Source of the DNA: a virus | Taxonomy: Duplodnaviria > Caudoviricetes | Length of the DNA: 30,623 nt | Virus record (IMG/VR): IMGVR_UViG_3300036830_000218 | Span: 1-30,623 of that record | Strand: one strand, 5' to 3' | Shown here: positions 1 to 8,094 of the stretch, piece by piece | How positions within the stretch are numbered: position 1 is the first letter of the stretch | Layout: each line of letters begins with the position of its first letter | The notes under the pieces: model-generated | The model's input: the letters and a program-made list of their open reading frames with translations, nothing else | Told to the model about the DNA's origin: nothing | Database searches by the model: none | Position numbers and translations under genes: made by a program

Positions 1-315
1 CTGGATGACTTCCTGGGTGACGGCCTGCGCGTAGCCCGTGACCGAGCCGACGGCCTGGACGTGGCCCATGTTGGCGCCCTGCTGCACGTACGTGCTCGTG
101 CTGACTGGCCGGGCGCCACCGTCGGGCACCGCGCCGCCGGACACGTTCACGGTGCGCTGGTTGAAGTAGTACGTGGTGCTGTTGGTCTTCTTCGTGGAGA
201 TCGCCCGGCACCAGGGCGCGAACCGGCGCTGGTACTCGACCAGCAGCGGGTCGATGATCTTCGGGACGAACGGGGCTGCGCCGGCGGCGGTGAGCGCCTC
301 GCGGATTTCGGACAT
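1..315 (-). CDS. Major capsid protein, N-terminal part (runs off window)
   Basis: Not in ORF track. ATG at 315 with GGAAGG RBS; open for 105 codons to the window edge: MSEIREALTAAGAAPFVPKIIDPLLVEYQRRFAPWCRAISTKKTNSTTYYFNQRT... Follows scaffold in the canonical portal-protease-scaffold-capsid order; N-arm/E-loop-like pattern. Confidence 0.8.
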   Translation of the reverse strand, partial: MSEIREALTAAGAAPFVPKIIDPLLVEYQRRFAPWCRAISTKKTNSTTYYFNQRTVNVSGGAVPDGGARPVSTSTYVQQGANMGHVQAVGSVTGYAQAVTQEVIQ

Positions 316-414
316 GGCTGTATCGCCTTCCGTGACGGTGGGGTGTTCGGATGGGACCGTCGCCGCCAGGGAAGGCACCAGCGCGAGGGGCGCTGGCGGT
401 CAGGGTGGATCGGG

Positions 415-437
415 CGGGCGGCAGTGCGTGCCGCCCG
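415..437. promoter_or_regulatory. Stem-loop in scaffold-capsid intergenic region
   Basis: CGGGCGGCA-gtgcg-TGCCGCCCG, a perfect 9-bp inverted repeat just after the scaffold stop; no U-tract, so possibly an mRNA processing/stability element. Confidence 0.4.
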
Positions 438-443
438 GCGGTG

Positions 444-1535
444 CTACCTGCGGCCGGGGGCCGGGTAGGCAGCGGCGGCCAGCGCGGCGAGGTCGGCGCC
501 GCTGGCCTCCTGGAGCGTCTTGGTGGTGCCCGGCGCCTGCTCGGCGATGGCCTCCAGCAGGCCCTTTCGGCCCGTGCCGGCGCCGGTCTTCTCGGCCGCG
601 GCCTGACGCAGCGGGACCAGGCGCTCCTCGATGAGGCGCTCCATGATCTGCTCGTCGGTCTCGGTGACCGACAGGCCGGCCTTCTGCGCGGCCTCGGCGA
701 CCTTGGACTCCGCCAGGGCGGTCAGGCGCGCCAGGCGCTGGTCCGCGGTCTCCGCCACGGCAGCAGCCGGGGCAGCGGTCTCGGTGGCCGCAGGCGCGGT
801 CTCCGCGGCGGGCGCGGGGGCCGTCCGGGCCAGCAGGGCGTCGAACTGCTCCTGGGTCAGGGTGACGGATGCCGGGGGCGCAGCCGCGGTCTCCGTGGTC
901 GTGGTGTCGCTCACGGCTTCCTCCTCATCGGGCGCGGCTTCTGCCGCAGTGCCGTCCGCCTCGGTGGCGGGCGCTGTGTCGGTGGCGGGTGGTTCCGCCT
1001 CGGTGGTCTCGTCCTCGGCCGCGGTCTCGTCGGGCGCGGCGTCTCCGGTGGCGCCCGCGACGTCGATGTCGCCGTCCATGTCCGGGTCCAGGGCCGCCAG
1101 GGCCTTGCACGCGGCGTCAGCGGCGGCGCGCAGGACCGGGTCGAGGTCTTCGGGGTCCAGGGAGCAGCTCGAGATGGTCAGCGACGTCGGGCCGTTGCTC
1201 GCGGTCAGGCAGTACGACCCGGCAGTGCCCGGGCTGGGGTAGTCGCCGGGCCACCACTCGGCCACGGCCTCACTGACCGAGGCAGGCTCGCCGACGAGCC
1301 ACCCGGACTCTGCGGCCACGGAGATGCCGAACTTGCTCATCGCGGCCTTGATGCGGCCCTTGATGCGCTTGAGCTGGTTCGCCGAGTACTTGCCCGCGTT
1401 GTCCTTCTGGTTGATATACGACCAGGCACTTTTGGCATGAGCCTTTGAATCTAGTGGATACCTGGACTTTTTGTCGCTCTGATAGCCCGGATCGGCATAG
1501 GTGACACCGCCATAGGGCTTGCTTGAATCAGCCAA
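444..1535 (-). CDS. Capsid scaffolding protein with N-terminal DUF6582-like domain
   Basis: ADPGY..K.RYPLD...A.SAWSYINQ..N..KY....L..IK.RIKAA...FGI motif, then an acidic Ala/Glu/Thr low-complexity region and helical C-terminus; directly upstream of capsid. Likely start is TTG at 1535 with AAGGGG RBS rather than 1625. Confidence 0.7.
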   Translation of the reverse strand: MADSSKPYGGVTYADPGYQSDKKSRYPLDSKAHAKSAWSYINQKDNAGKYSANQLKRIKGRIKAAMSKFGISVAAESGWLVGEPASVSEAVAEWWPGDYPSPGTAGSYCLTASNGPTSLTISSCSLDPEDLDPVLRAAADAACKALAALDPDMDGDIDVAGATGDAAPDETAAEDETTEAEPPATDTAPATEADGTAAEAAPDEEEAVSDTTTTETAAAPPASVTLTQEQFDALLARTAPAPAAETAPAATETAAPAAAVAETADQRLARLTALAESKVAEAAQKAGLSVTETDEQIMERLIEERLVPLRQAAAEKTGAGTGRKGLLEAIAEQAPGTTKTLQEASGADLAALAAAAYPAPGRR

Positions 1536-1551
1536 AATTGTCAGCCCCTTT

Positions 1552-1566
1552 TGGTAATGTAGGCTC
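1552..1566 (+). promoter_or_regulatory. Extended -10 promoter, leaderless, for the endonuclease gene
   Basis: TG-g-TAATGT (1552-1560) lies 6 nt before ATG 1567; no SD. Confidence 0.45.
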
Positions 1567-2289
1567 ATGCCAAGAGGTCGAGGACAGAAGCCAATGCCCA
1601 TCAGTGCGGGCACCATGTTCGGCACGCTGGAGATTGTCAGCGAGATAGAGCGGCAAGGTCACAACCGGCGATTCAACTGCCGATGCATAGGCTGTGGCAC
1701 GACCGGGATGAAGTGGCTATCGAACCTGCTCCAGGGCAAGTTGACATGCACGGTGTGCACGCCATGGAGCGAGATCACCAAGACGGCGCGCGAGAGTGTG
1801 CTCGCCACCCGGAGGGCACGCTCGCAGGAATCCGACGACGGCCGCATCTGCCTGACGTGCAACGAATGGAAGCCGTGGAGCAAATTCAGCAACGACCTGC
1901 GCCGCGAGCGGGGCAAGGCGTCGAACTGCATCGAGTGCGCTCACTGGCGCACCGTCAAGGCCGCCTACGGAATAACCCGTGCCGAGTGGGAGTGGCTGTA
2001 CAGCCTTACGGAGGGCCGATGCACGCTGTGCGACGAAGACGACCCCGTCAACTTCGCAGTTGACCACGACCACTCATGCTGCGGGAACACGCGCGCTTGC
2101 AAGAAGTGCATCCGGGGGATGCTGTGCAGGAACTGCAACATGATGATCGGCAAGGTCGAGCAGAAGCCGGCCCTCCGGCAGCGCTTCGTGGATTACCTGG
2201 ACGGGACGCGCCCGTTTCAGTCATTCGGCGCAGGTGACGCAGTTGCCATCCTCAAAGACGTGGACGTTCAGGCCGAGCACGTCGCCTAG
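1567..2289 (+). CDS. Endonuclease VII / HNH-type homing endonuclease
   Basis: YGIT...W..L....GRCTLC....AVDHDHSCC....C..CIRGMLCRNCN..IG EndoVII signature; N-terminal 'FGTLEIV...CRC.CG' and CxxC Zn motifs; antisense within the head operon. Confidence 0.9.
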   Translation: MPRGRGQKPMPISAGTMFGTLEIVSEIERQGHNRRFNCRCIGCGTTGMKWLSNLLQGKLTCTVCTPWSEITKTARESVLATRRARSQESDDGRICLTCNEWKPWSKFSNDLRRERGKASNCIECAHWRTVKAAYGITRAEWEWLYSLTEGRCTLCDEDDPVNFAVDHDHSCCGNTRACKKCIRGMLCRNCNMMIGKVEQKPALRQRFVDYLDGTRPFQSFGAGDAVAILKDVDVQAEHVA

Positions 2290-2922
2290 TTCCTGAACCT
2301 GCCGCTTCTGCGTCTCGGTCAGTTCTGGACGCGGGCCATCCTCGCGAGTTTCGCCGGCGTCCTCGGTAATGGTGGTCACTCGCGCCTCCTGGACGCTCTC
2401 GGTGATGAGCACTCGCTCCGTGGTCTCCGACCGGGCGCCGCCGCGCGTCCAGGAGAAGCTGTCCACCTGCGCCCCGGTCACCCCGGGCGTCTTGGTGTAA
2501 TCCAGGCCGGACAAAGAGAGCGAATCGCCCGTCTCGCAGTCCTCGCCGTCCGGCCCCTTGACCTTGCGGACGGTGCCCTTCCAGAAGCCCCGGATCGAGA
2601 CGCCCTTCAGGAACGCCGGCTTGCCATCGCTCGTGTCGAGGAGGCTGGCCACAGTGCGCCCGTGCTGAGTGTCGGCCAGGTCGGCCGTGAACCGGGCGTT
2701 CCCGTCCTCGTCCAGCGACATGGACCGGATCCGGCCCACGATCCGGTCGCTCGCATCCTCGGCGCCGTGGTGCGTCAGCATGGACAAATCGGCGCCCGAC
2801 TCGATGGCGGACTGGGCGGCCGACACCATCGCGGCGATGACCGGAGCCGTGTAGAGCCTGCGGTTGGCCGATACGCCGGGGCGGATGGCCACGCCGCTCA
2901 CGGTTGCGATGGTCTTCGCCAC
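2221..2922 (-). CDS. Prohead (capsid maturation) protease
   Basis: PGVSANRRLY, M.THH, IVGRI, GRTVASLL and GVSIRG motifs typical of phage prohead serine proteases; AGGAGG RBS before GTG; position upstream of scaffold. Confidence 0.75.
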   Translation of the reverse strand: MAKTIATVSGVAIRPGVSANRRLYTAPVIAAMVSAAQSAIESGADLSMLTHHGAEDASDRIVGRIRSMSLDEDGNARFTADLADTQHGRTVASLLDTSDGKPAFLKGVSIRGFWKGTVRKVKGPDGEDCETGDSLSLSGLDYTKTPGVTGAQVDSFSWTRGGARSETTERVLITESVQEARVTTITEDAGETREDGPRPELTETQKRQVQELGDVLGLNVHVFEDGNCVTCAE

Positions 2923-2950
2923 GCCGCCTCCTTCGCTGGTGAGAAGCGGG

Positions 2951-3283
2951 CTAGGAGTACGTGATGGTGAAGGCCGGGCCGCTGGCCACGTTCACGACGG
3001 TAAGGCCGTTCGCCAGCGGGGCATCGAAGGGGAAGTTCGTCCCGACGGCGGTGCCGCCCGGGATGACAGCGACGATCGTGCCCGAGCCGGCGGTGTTGTC
3101 GTAGATCGTGGCGTTGTCGGTGGCGGTCCCGGCGGTGGTGACGACGACACGGGCCACCCGCCCCGGGCCGGTCTTGAGGACGGTCGTGGAGGCGCCAGCG
3201 GCGATGGCGGCGACGCCGGTCGGCTCGACCGCGTTGCCGGCAGTGTCGACCTGGGCCTGGAAGGTGATGGGTGCGAAAGCCAT
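2951..3283 (-). CDS. Hypothetical beta-rich virion (head decoration-like) protein
   Basis: RBS AAGGGGAG; A/T/G/V-rich, 'VLKTGPGRVARVVV...TIYDN' pattern; in head operon. Confidence 0.55.
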   Translation of the reverse strand: MAFAPITFQAQVDTAGNAVEPTGVAAIAAGASTTVLKTGPGRVARVVVTTAGTATDNATIYDNTAGSGTIVAVIPGGTAVGTNFPFDAPLANGLTVVNVASGPAFTITYS

Positions 3284-3332
3284 GGCTGAAGCTCCCCTTT
3301 CGTGGGAGTGGCAGTTACTTGGAAGGGGGCCG

Positions 3333-3770
3333 TCAGCGGCCGAACAGCGCGATCTGGGTACCGGTGACGCTGGTCGAGGTAAGGCCCGACCAGGACACGC
3401 GCGCCCAACGGGGCAGCACCAGGTAGGAACTCGCGGAGCCGCCGTGCAGGCCGCCGGCGACGGTCTTCGATCCCGCCGCGGCGAGGGATGCGGTGGACAG
3501 CACGGCGGCGAAGGCGTTACCCAGGTCGTCGAAAATGTCGAGGCTGACCACGAACGCGGGCGTCCCCGTCACGCCGCCGACGGTGACCATGAGCACGACG
3601 TCCGTGGTATCGCGCAGGTCGATGGCCGTCGCGGCGCTGACCTGCGGGAACAGGTTGCCGGAACCAAGCCCGGCCCAGTTCCCCGAGTTCCCCGCGGCGC
3701 TGAGCGTGGTGCCGTCACCTGATGCGGTGAGCGACCACAGGAGCTTGGCGAACGGGTACAGGTTCGACAT
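3333..3770 (-). CDS. Hypothetical beta-rich virion protein
   Basis: Starts immediately after the MuF stop, GGAGG RBS; S/T/G/A/V-rich. Confidence 0.55.
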   Translation of the reverse strand: MSNLYPFAKLLWSLTASGDGTTLSAAGNSGNWAGLGSGNLFPQVSAATAIDLRDTTDVVLMVTVGGVTGTPAFVVSLDIFDDLGNAFAAVLSTASLAAAGSKTVAGGLHGGSASSYLVLPRWARVSWSGLTSTSVTGTQIALFGR

Positions 3771-4697
3771 CTAGGCGGCCCTCCGCTGGGTGATGTAGGC
3801 GGCGTACATGTCGAACCGGACGGAATCGGTACCTTCGGACAAAGGGCTGCAACGGCACTTAATGTGGGCGGGCATCTCGGGGAAGGTCCCCGGAGTCCAC
3901 GGGTTCTCTTCCTCGTATTTGTCGCAAACTGGACAGACCCGGTCGTCCCCCGCCGTGACCCAGAGGACCCGCTCGACCTGCGCGGCGTCGTAGACGGCCA
4001 GCCACGCCGAGGACAGCGACGCGCCCATCGCGTGGTGCAGGTAGGCCGTCAGCGCCTTCGGGTCGCGCAGGTAAGCCCGGGCGAAGGCTTCCATCGCGGC
4101 AGCCGTGCCGCCCGCGACTGCCATCCCGGTCAGCGCGACCGCGAGGTCCGTGGCGCACCCGGCGATGACGGCCGCTGCGACGACCTCGGCGCTCCCCTCG
4201 GGCGCGGCCTGCTTCTGCCCGTCCTGCTCGGCGGCGTCCCAGTCGAACTGCTCGTAGCCGGCCTGGGATGCGGCCACCGCGAGCGCCGCGGCGAAGCCCT
4301 CGGCGGCAGCCAGCCCGAGGGCGGCCGTGATGTCGTCGAGGAACACGGCGAACCCCGGCTGCCCCGGCAGGATCGCGAGCATGCCCGCCGCCAGGGACAG
4401 CGCCAGCGCCCTGAGCTCGGCCTTGTGGTACCTGGCCGACGCCTGGGAGTCGCTGTCGGTGCCGAGGGCGGGCGAGCCGTCCCCGGTCATCCCGGCCTGC
4501 CTGCGCAGCGCCGTGACCATCAGGCTGACGTCGAGGCCGCGCAGGAGCTTCCGCCATGCAGCCAGGATCCCCACGGCGCTCAGGGCGTACAGGTCGTCCT
4601 GCCGCTTGTAGACGTCCGCCCACACCCCGGTCAGCGCGCCCAGCTTCAGCGTGGCCTCTGCGACGTCCGGGCCGGGCTCGCAGGTCACTCCGGGCAT
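3771..4697 (-). CDS. MuF / SPP1 gp7-like minor head (head morphogenesis) protein
   Basis: C-terminal WVTAGDDRVCPVC...PAHIKCRC motif; downstream of portal. Confidence 0.85.
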   Translation of the reverse strand: MPGVTCEPGPDVAEATLKLGALTGVWADVYKRQDDLYALSAVGILAAWRKLLRGLDVSLMVTALRRQAGMTGDGSPALGTDSDSQASARYHKAELRALALSLAAGMLAILPGQPGFAVFLDDITAALGLAAAEGFAAALAVAASQAGYEQFDWDAAEQDGQKQAAPEGSAEVVAAAVIAGCATDLAVALTGMAVAGGTAAAMEAFARAYLRDPKALTAYLHHAMGASLSSAWLAVYDAAQVERVLWVTAGDDRVCPVCDKYEEENPWTPGTFPEMPAHIKCRCSPLSEGTDSVRFDMYAAYITQRRAA

Positions 4698-4825
4698 CAG
4701 CTGATGATCTTCGGAACGAACGGCTTCGCCTCGGCGGCCGTCAGCGACCCGTCACCCGGCATCCCCGGAGCGGGGTTAGTGCCGGGGATCTGGTATGGCT
4801 GCTCCTGCACGGGAGGCTGGCTCAT
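4697..4825 (-). CDS. 42-aa microprotein ending in a copy of the capsid N-terminal motif
   Basis: MSQPPVQEQPYQIPGTNPAPGMPGDGSLTAAEAKPFVPKIIS. ATGA overlap with portal stop, TGATG overlap with MuF start, GAGGAGG upstream. Confidence 0.75.
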   Translation of the reverse strand: MSQPPVQEQPYQIPGTNPAPGMPGDGSLTAAEAKPFVPKIIS

Positions 4826-6333
4826 GCCGCGTCCTCCTCGATGGTGCGCCACCGGGCGAGCGCCTCGCGGAACCGGGCGTGGTAGGCGGCGCGGAACGCC
4901 TCGGCCGGATCGCTGGGCTCGTCGTCCTGGTCTCCGCCGGCCTGCCCGTCACCCGTAGGCGGCTGGCCGGGAACTGCGAGCACGGGAGGCGGCGGCTGCT
5001 CCGCCTTGGTGACCTGCGCCGCCGAGATCGCTGACAGGTCCCGGTACAGGACCATCTCCTGGCGGTTGACGATGAACGCGTCATCGCCGCCCTCCACCGG
5101 AGGCTCGTCGATGTCGGACGCGTACCGGTTGCGGGTCCAGGACCCGTTGCGGAGCCGGATGTCGCGGATCTGCTCGACGGTGAGGGAGTCCCGGTAGTCA
5201 ACCTCGCCGAACTTGGAGTGCCAGTCCTGCACCCCGAAACCCTGCACGGCGATGTGGAAGTTCAGCTTCTCCAGCACGATCGCGCCGAGCGGGTCGCAGG
5301 TGTTGATATGGAACATCCGGTGCTGCGCATCGCCCGTGCCGCCGCCGAGGTTCCCGGACTCGATGATGCCGGCCTCGGCGGGCGGGACCCCGTAGCCGGC
5401 GACGATCTCGTCGCGGCTGTCCTTCTTCGCCGCGAGGGCGTCGGCGAGCTTCCCGGACTGGAGCTCGGTCAGGGTGCCGCCGCCGCGGGTCATCCACGGG
5501 TTCCCGATGTTCCTCGACCCGATGTTCTGCACGGTGGCCTGGTTGCGCCACTTCTCCGCGTCAGCGGGCGAGACGCTCACGGGCAGGTCGGCGTGCACCG
5601 TCGGGGGGAGGCCCTTGCGGAGCATCTCTTTCGCCGTGCCGTGCGCGAACAGCCACGCCGCGATCGGGCCGAGCATCGCCTGCGTCGGCGAGATGCCGAA
5701 CACGCCGGGGCGGGCGCTGTCGAGGCTGATGTGGATGATCTCGCGGGGCTCGAACTCGGCGCGCTGCCCGAAGTCCGTCACCTGCACGTACTTGGAGATG
5801 ACGCCGTGCTCGTCGGCGTCCGGGTACGTCGTGGCGACGTCCTGGTTGTACAGGGCAACCGGGGTCGGCCCCGACCAGCACACCTCGAGCATGGCATCGC
5901 CGAACACCAGCAGGTCGGCAATGACGTTCCGGAGCAGTTGCCGGATGTCCTGCGTGGGGTTGCAGAACGCGTAGAACCGTTCCAGGGCGACAACCGCGGG
6001 CGGCTTGTCCGGGGCTTCCTGGTCGCCCTCGCCGTCGTCGGAGTCCCAGTCGCTGACGATGCCGCCCGCGGTGATCGTGCGGGCGATGGCCTGCACGCTC
6101 GTCCACGCCCACGGGCACGTCAGGTAGGCGTCATTCAAGTCCGACATCATCGACCGGCGGTCAGAGCCGGTCGATGCGCCTATGGCCTGGGTGTTCTCGT
6201 TGATGCCGCCCTGCGGGACGCCGGGGATGTAACCGGTGCGCGGGGGAAGCTGGTTGAAGCCCGGGCCGGCATCCGACGCGGCAGGCCGGCGGCGGAACGC
6301 GGGCGGGACGAGGCTGGAGAGGGGCACGCGCAA
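4822..6333 (-). CDS. Portal protein
   Basis: 503 aa; DLLVFGDAMLEV, EIIHI, GISP, RDEIVAGYGVPP..G and T.N motifs of HK97-like portals; GGGAGG RBS; follows TerL. Confidence 0.9.
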   Translation of the reverse strand: MRVPLSSLVPPAFRRRPAASDAGPGFNQLPPRTGYIPGVPQGGINENTQAIGASTGSDRRSMMSDLNDAYLTCPWAWTSVQAIARTITAGGIVSDWDSDDGEGDQEAPDKPPAVVALERFYAFCNPTQDIRQLLRNVIADLLVFGDAMLEVCWSGPTPVALYNQDVATTYPDADEHGVISKYVQVTDFGQRAEFEPREIIHISLDSARPGVFGISPTQAMLGPIAAWLFAHGTAKEMLRKGLPPTVHADLPVSVSPADAEKWRNQATVQNIGSRNIGNPWMTRGGGTLTELQSGKLADALAAKKDSRDEIVAGYGVPPAEAGIIESGNLGGGTGDAQHRMFHINTCDPLGAIVLEKLNFHIAVQGFGVQDWHSKFGEVDYRDSLTVEQIRDIRLRNGSWTRNRYASDIDEPPVEGGDDAFIVNRQEMVLYRDLSAISAAQVTKAEQPPPPVLAVPGQPPTGDGQAGGDQDDEPSDPAEAFRAAYHARFREALARWRTIEEDAA

Positions 6334-6380
6334 CCCTCCCGGCGCTCAGGCTAGCTGCGTGGTCGGCGGTGGGCCGGGCG

Positions 6381-6497
6381 TCAGGACGGGGTGCTGGCGG
6401 TCGTGCAGTCGCATCCCCGGCACTGGCAGTCGCAGTCCAGGTCGCACGAGCAGTCATCCGCCGGCCCGCAGCAGCGATAGCCGCGGCCTGCCTCCAT
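6381..6497 (-). CDS. 38-aa Cys-rich (metallothionein-like) peptide
   Basis: MEAGRGYRCCGPADDCSCDLDCDCQCRGCDCTTASTPS, 9 Cys in CC/CxC motifs; AGGAGG RBS overlapping the TerL stop; below the ORF-track size cutoff. Confidence 0.65.
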   Translation of the reverse strand: MEAGRGYRCCGPADDCSCDLDCDCQCRGCDCTTASTPS

Positions 6498-6507
6498 CGC
6501 CTGCCTC

Positions 6508-8076
6508 CTAGGCCCAGGGTGAGCGCTGCACGGTCGCGCGGGGCTCGTCGTCGGTGGCGCCGTCCAGGTAGAACGGTGCGCCGTCGTCCGGCGGCCGCAC
6601 CGCGAACTGGCCGAGCGGCTGGAGCTTCTCCGCGACGGACTGGCCCGGGACCTCGCCGAGGATGGGGAAGTCCGGGCCGGTGCCGAGGTTGATCAGGAGG
6701 TAGCGAGCGCAGTCAGGAAGGTGATCTTCGCTCGTCGTGTCGGCGTCCTCGGGATTGCCCTTGGCCGCATGGGGGAGATCGGCCAGCGTGCGGTAGAAGT
6801 TCTCGCACGTGCTGAAGATGTGCATTCCGGGGCAGGTGCTCCAGCCGAGCGCGCGGTGATGCGGGCAGGCTGGCCGCTCGGCAAGGTACGAGCGGATCCG
6901 CTGCCAGCCCGTAACGCGTGATCCCGGCCCCTTGCCGGCCTTGGTGAGGTAGACGCCGTTCTCGGCATAGACATCCGCCATGACCTTGGCGTCGCCAACG
7001 ACATTCCACATGGCGTCGTCGGCGAACCGGGAAGTGATGCGCTCGTCATCGGCCTCGGCGGCGAGGATGCGCCGGGCCTGGTCGGCCTCGCCGACCCCCG
7101 CGGAGTAAAGCTCGCGGTAGAACCACGCCCTGCCATCGGGGTCGACCGCGGCCCAGAGGACCCCCCAGGGCGCCCCGTAGCCCCAGTCGATGCCGTTGTA
7201 GCGCAGCCACGACTCGGGGAGCGCAATCGGCGCGATGACGTGCCGCTCCTGGGAGAGTTCCGGGAAGACCTGACCCGCGAAGACGTCCCAGTTGCCGTCA
7301 AGGAAGGCCGCACGCATCTTCGGCGGCAGCGCCTGGAGGTCCGCTGCGTACTCCGGGTTGACGTGCGGATTATCGCTCAGGCGGCTGGGGATAAATCGGA
7401 CCGTCCGGCCGCGCGAGTCGATCGCTACCTTCTGGCCATAGTTGGTCTTGGTGATGAAGGCTTCTTTTACGTCGCCATGAGAAGCGCCGCCGGGGTTCGC
7501 TGATGAGCGGATGCCCAGAACCGGGATGTCCGCGCGACCCGACCGGAGGCGGGATTCCAGGAAGGAGATGACCTCCGCCGGCGTCAAGGTTCGTTCATCA
7601 AATACCAGAAGTTGGTATTGTCCGCCTTGTCGCCTTGTGGCGTCCTGCAACGTTTCCGCGTACCGGAACATGAGCAGCGAGTCATTGGGAAAACGCAATT
7701 CGAAGGAACTGGAATTCCAGACTGCACCAAGCGACTGCGCAAAACCCATCTGCGCGAGCTCGGCGATCAGGGATTCCTTCAGTTCAGGGTACGTGCGCCG
7801 GAAGGCCCCGACGCGGATACCGGGGTAGCGGACGCATGCCCGGATCGCCTCCGCTGTAAGGGCGCGCGACTTCCCCCCGCCCGCGCTGCCGCCGAAAAGT
7901 ACCGAGAACTCAGTAGCTGCGTGGAATTCTGCCTGCTTGGGCGTCGGCACGTAACCGAGCAGCCCGAAGACGTCCACGGCCGCCATGCGCTCACGCTCGC
8001 GGCGGTCGGCCTCTCCGCGGAGCTGCCGCAGTTCCAGGAGCCGAGATGCCCGGACCTCGGCCAGGGACGAAGGCAT
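6508..8076 (-). CDS. terL: Terminase large subunit
   Basis: PTPKQ, Walker A GGSAGGGKS, Walker B LLVFDE, ANPGG, DNPH, nuclease GIDWG and EDHLPDCARY. Confidence 0.95.
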   Translation of the reverse strand: MPSSLAEVRASRLLELRQLRGEADRRERERMAAVDVFGLLGYVPTPKQAEFHAATEFSVLFGGSAGGGKSRALTAEAIRACVRYPGIRVGAFRRTYPELKESLIAELAQMGFAQSLGAVWNSSSFELRFPNDSLLMFRYAETLQDATRRQGGQYQLLVFDERTLTPAEVISFLESRLRSGRADIPVLGIRSSANPGGASHGDVKEAFITKTNYGQKVAIDSRGRTVRFIPSRLSDNPHVNPEYAADLQALPPKMRAAFLDGNWDVFAGQVFPELSQERHVIAPIALPESWLRYNGIDWGYGAPWGVLWAAVDPDGRAWFYRELYSAGVGEADQARRILAAEADDERITSRFADDAMWNVVGDAKVMADVYAENGVYLTKAGKGPGSRVTGWQRIRSYLAERPACPHHRALGWSTCPGMHIFSTCENFYRTLADLPHAAKGNPEDADTTSEDHLPDCARYLLINLGTGPDFPILGEVPGQSVAEKLQPLGQFAVRPPDDGAPFYLDGATDDEPRATVQRSPWA

Positions 8077-8094
8077 GGCGCCTCCACGGCCCAG

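Noticed and set aside
1536-1625. ORF-track start of the scaffold at 1625
   Set aside because: Overlaps the endonuclease 5' end on the other strand; RBS and domain boundary favour TTG 1535.
1536-2220. Group I intron or intein joining protease and scaffold
   Set aside because: The nuclease is antisense and fills the interval, leaving no room for a ribozyme core; no intein motifs; the scaffold has its own RBS/start.
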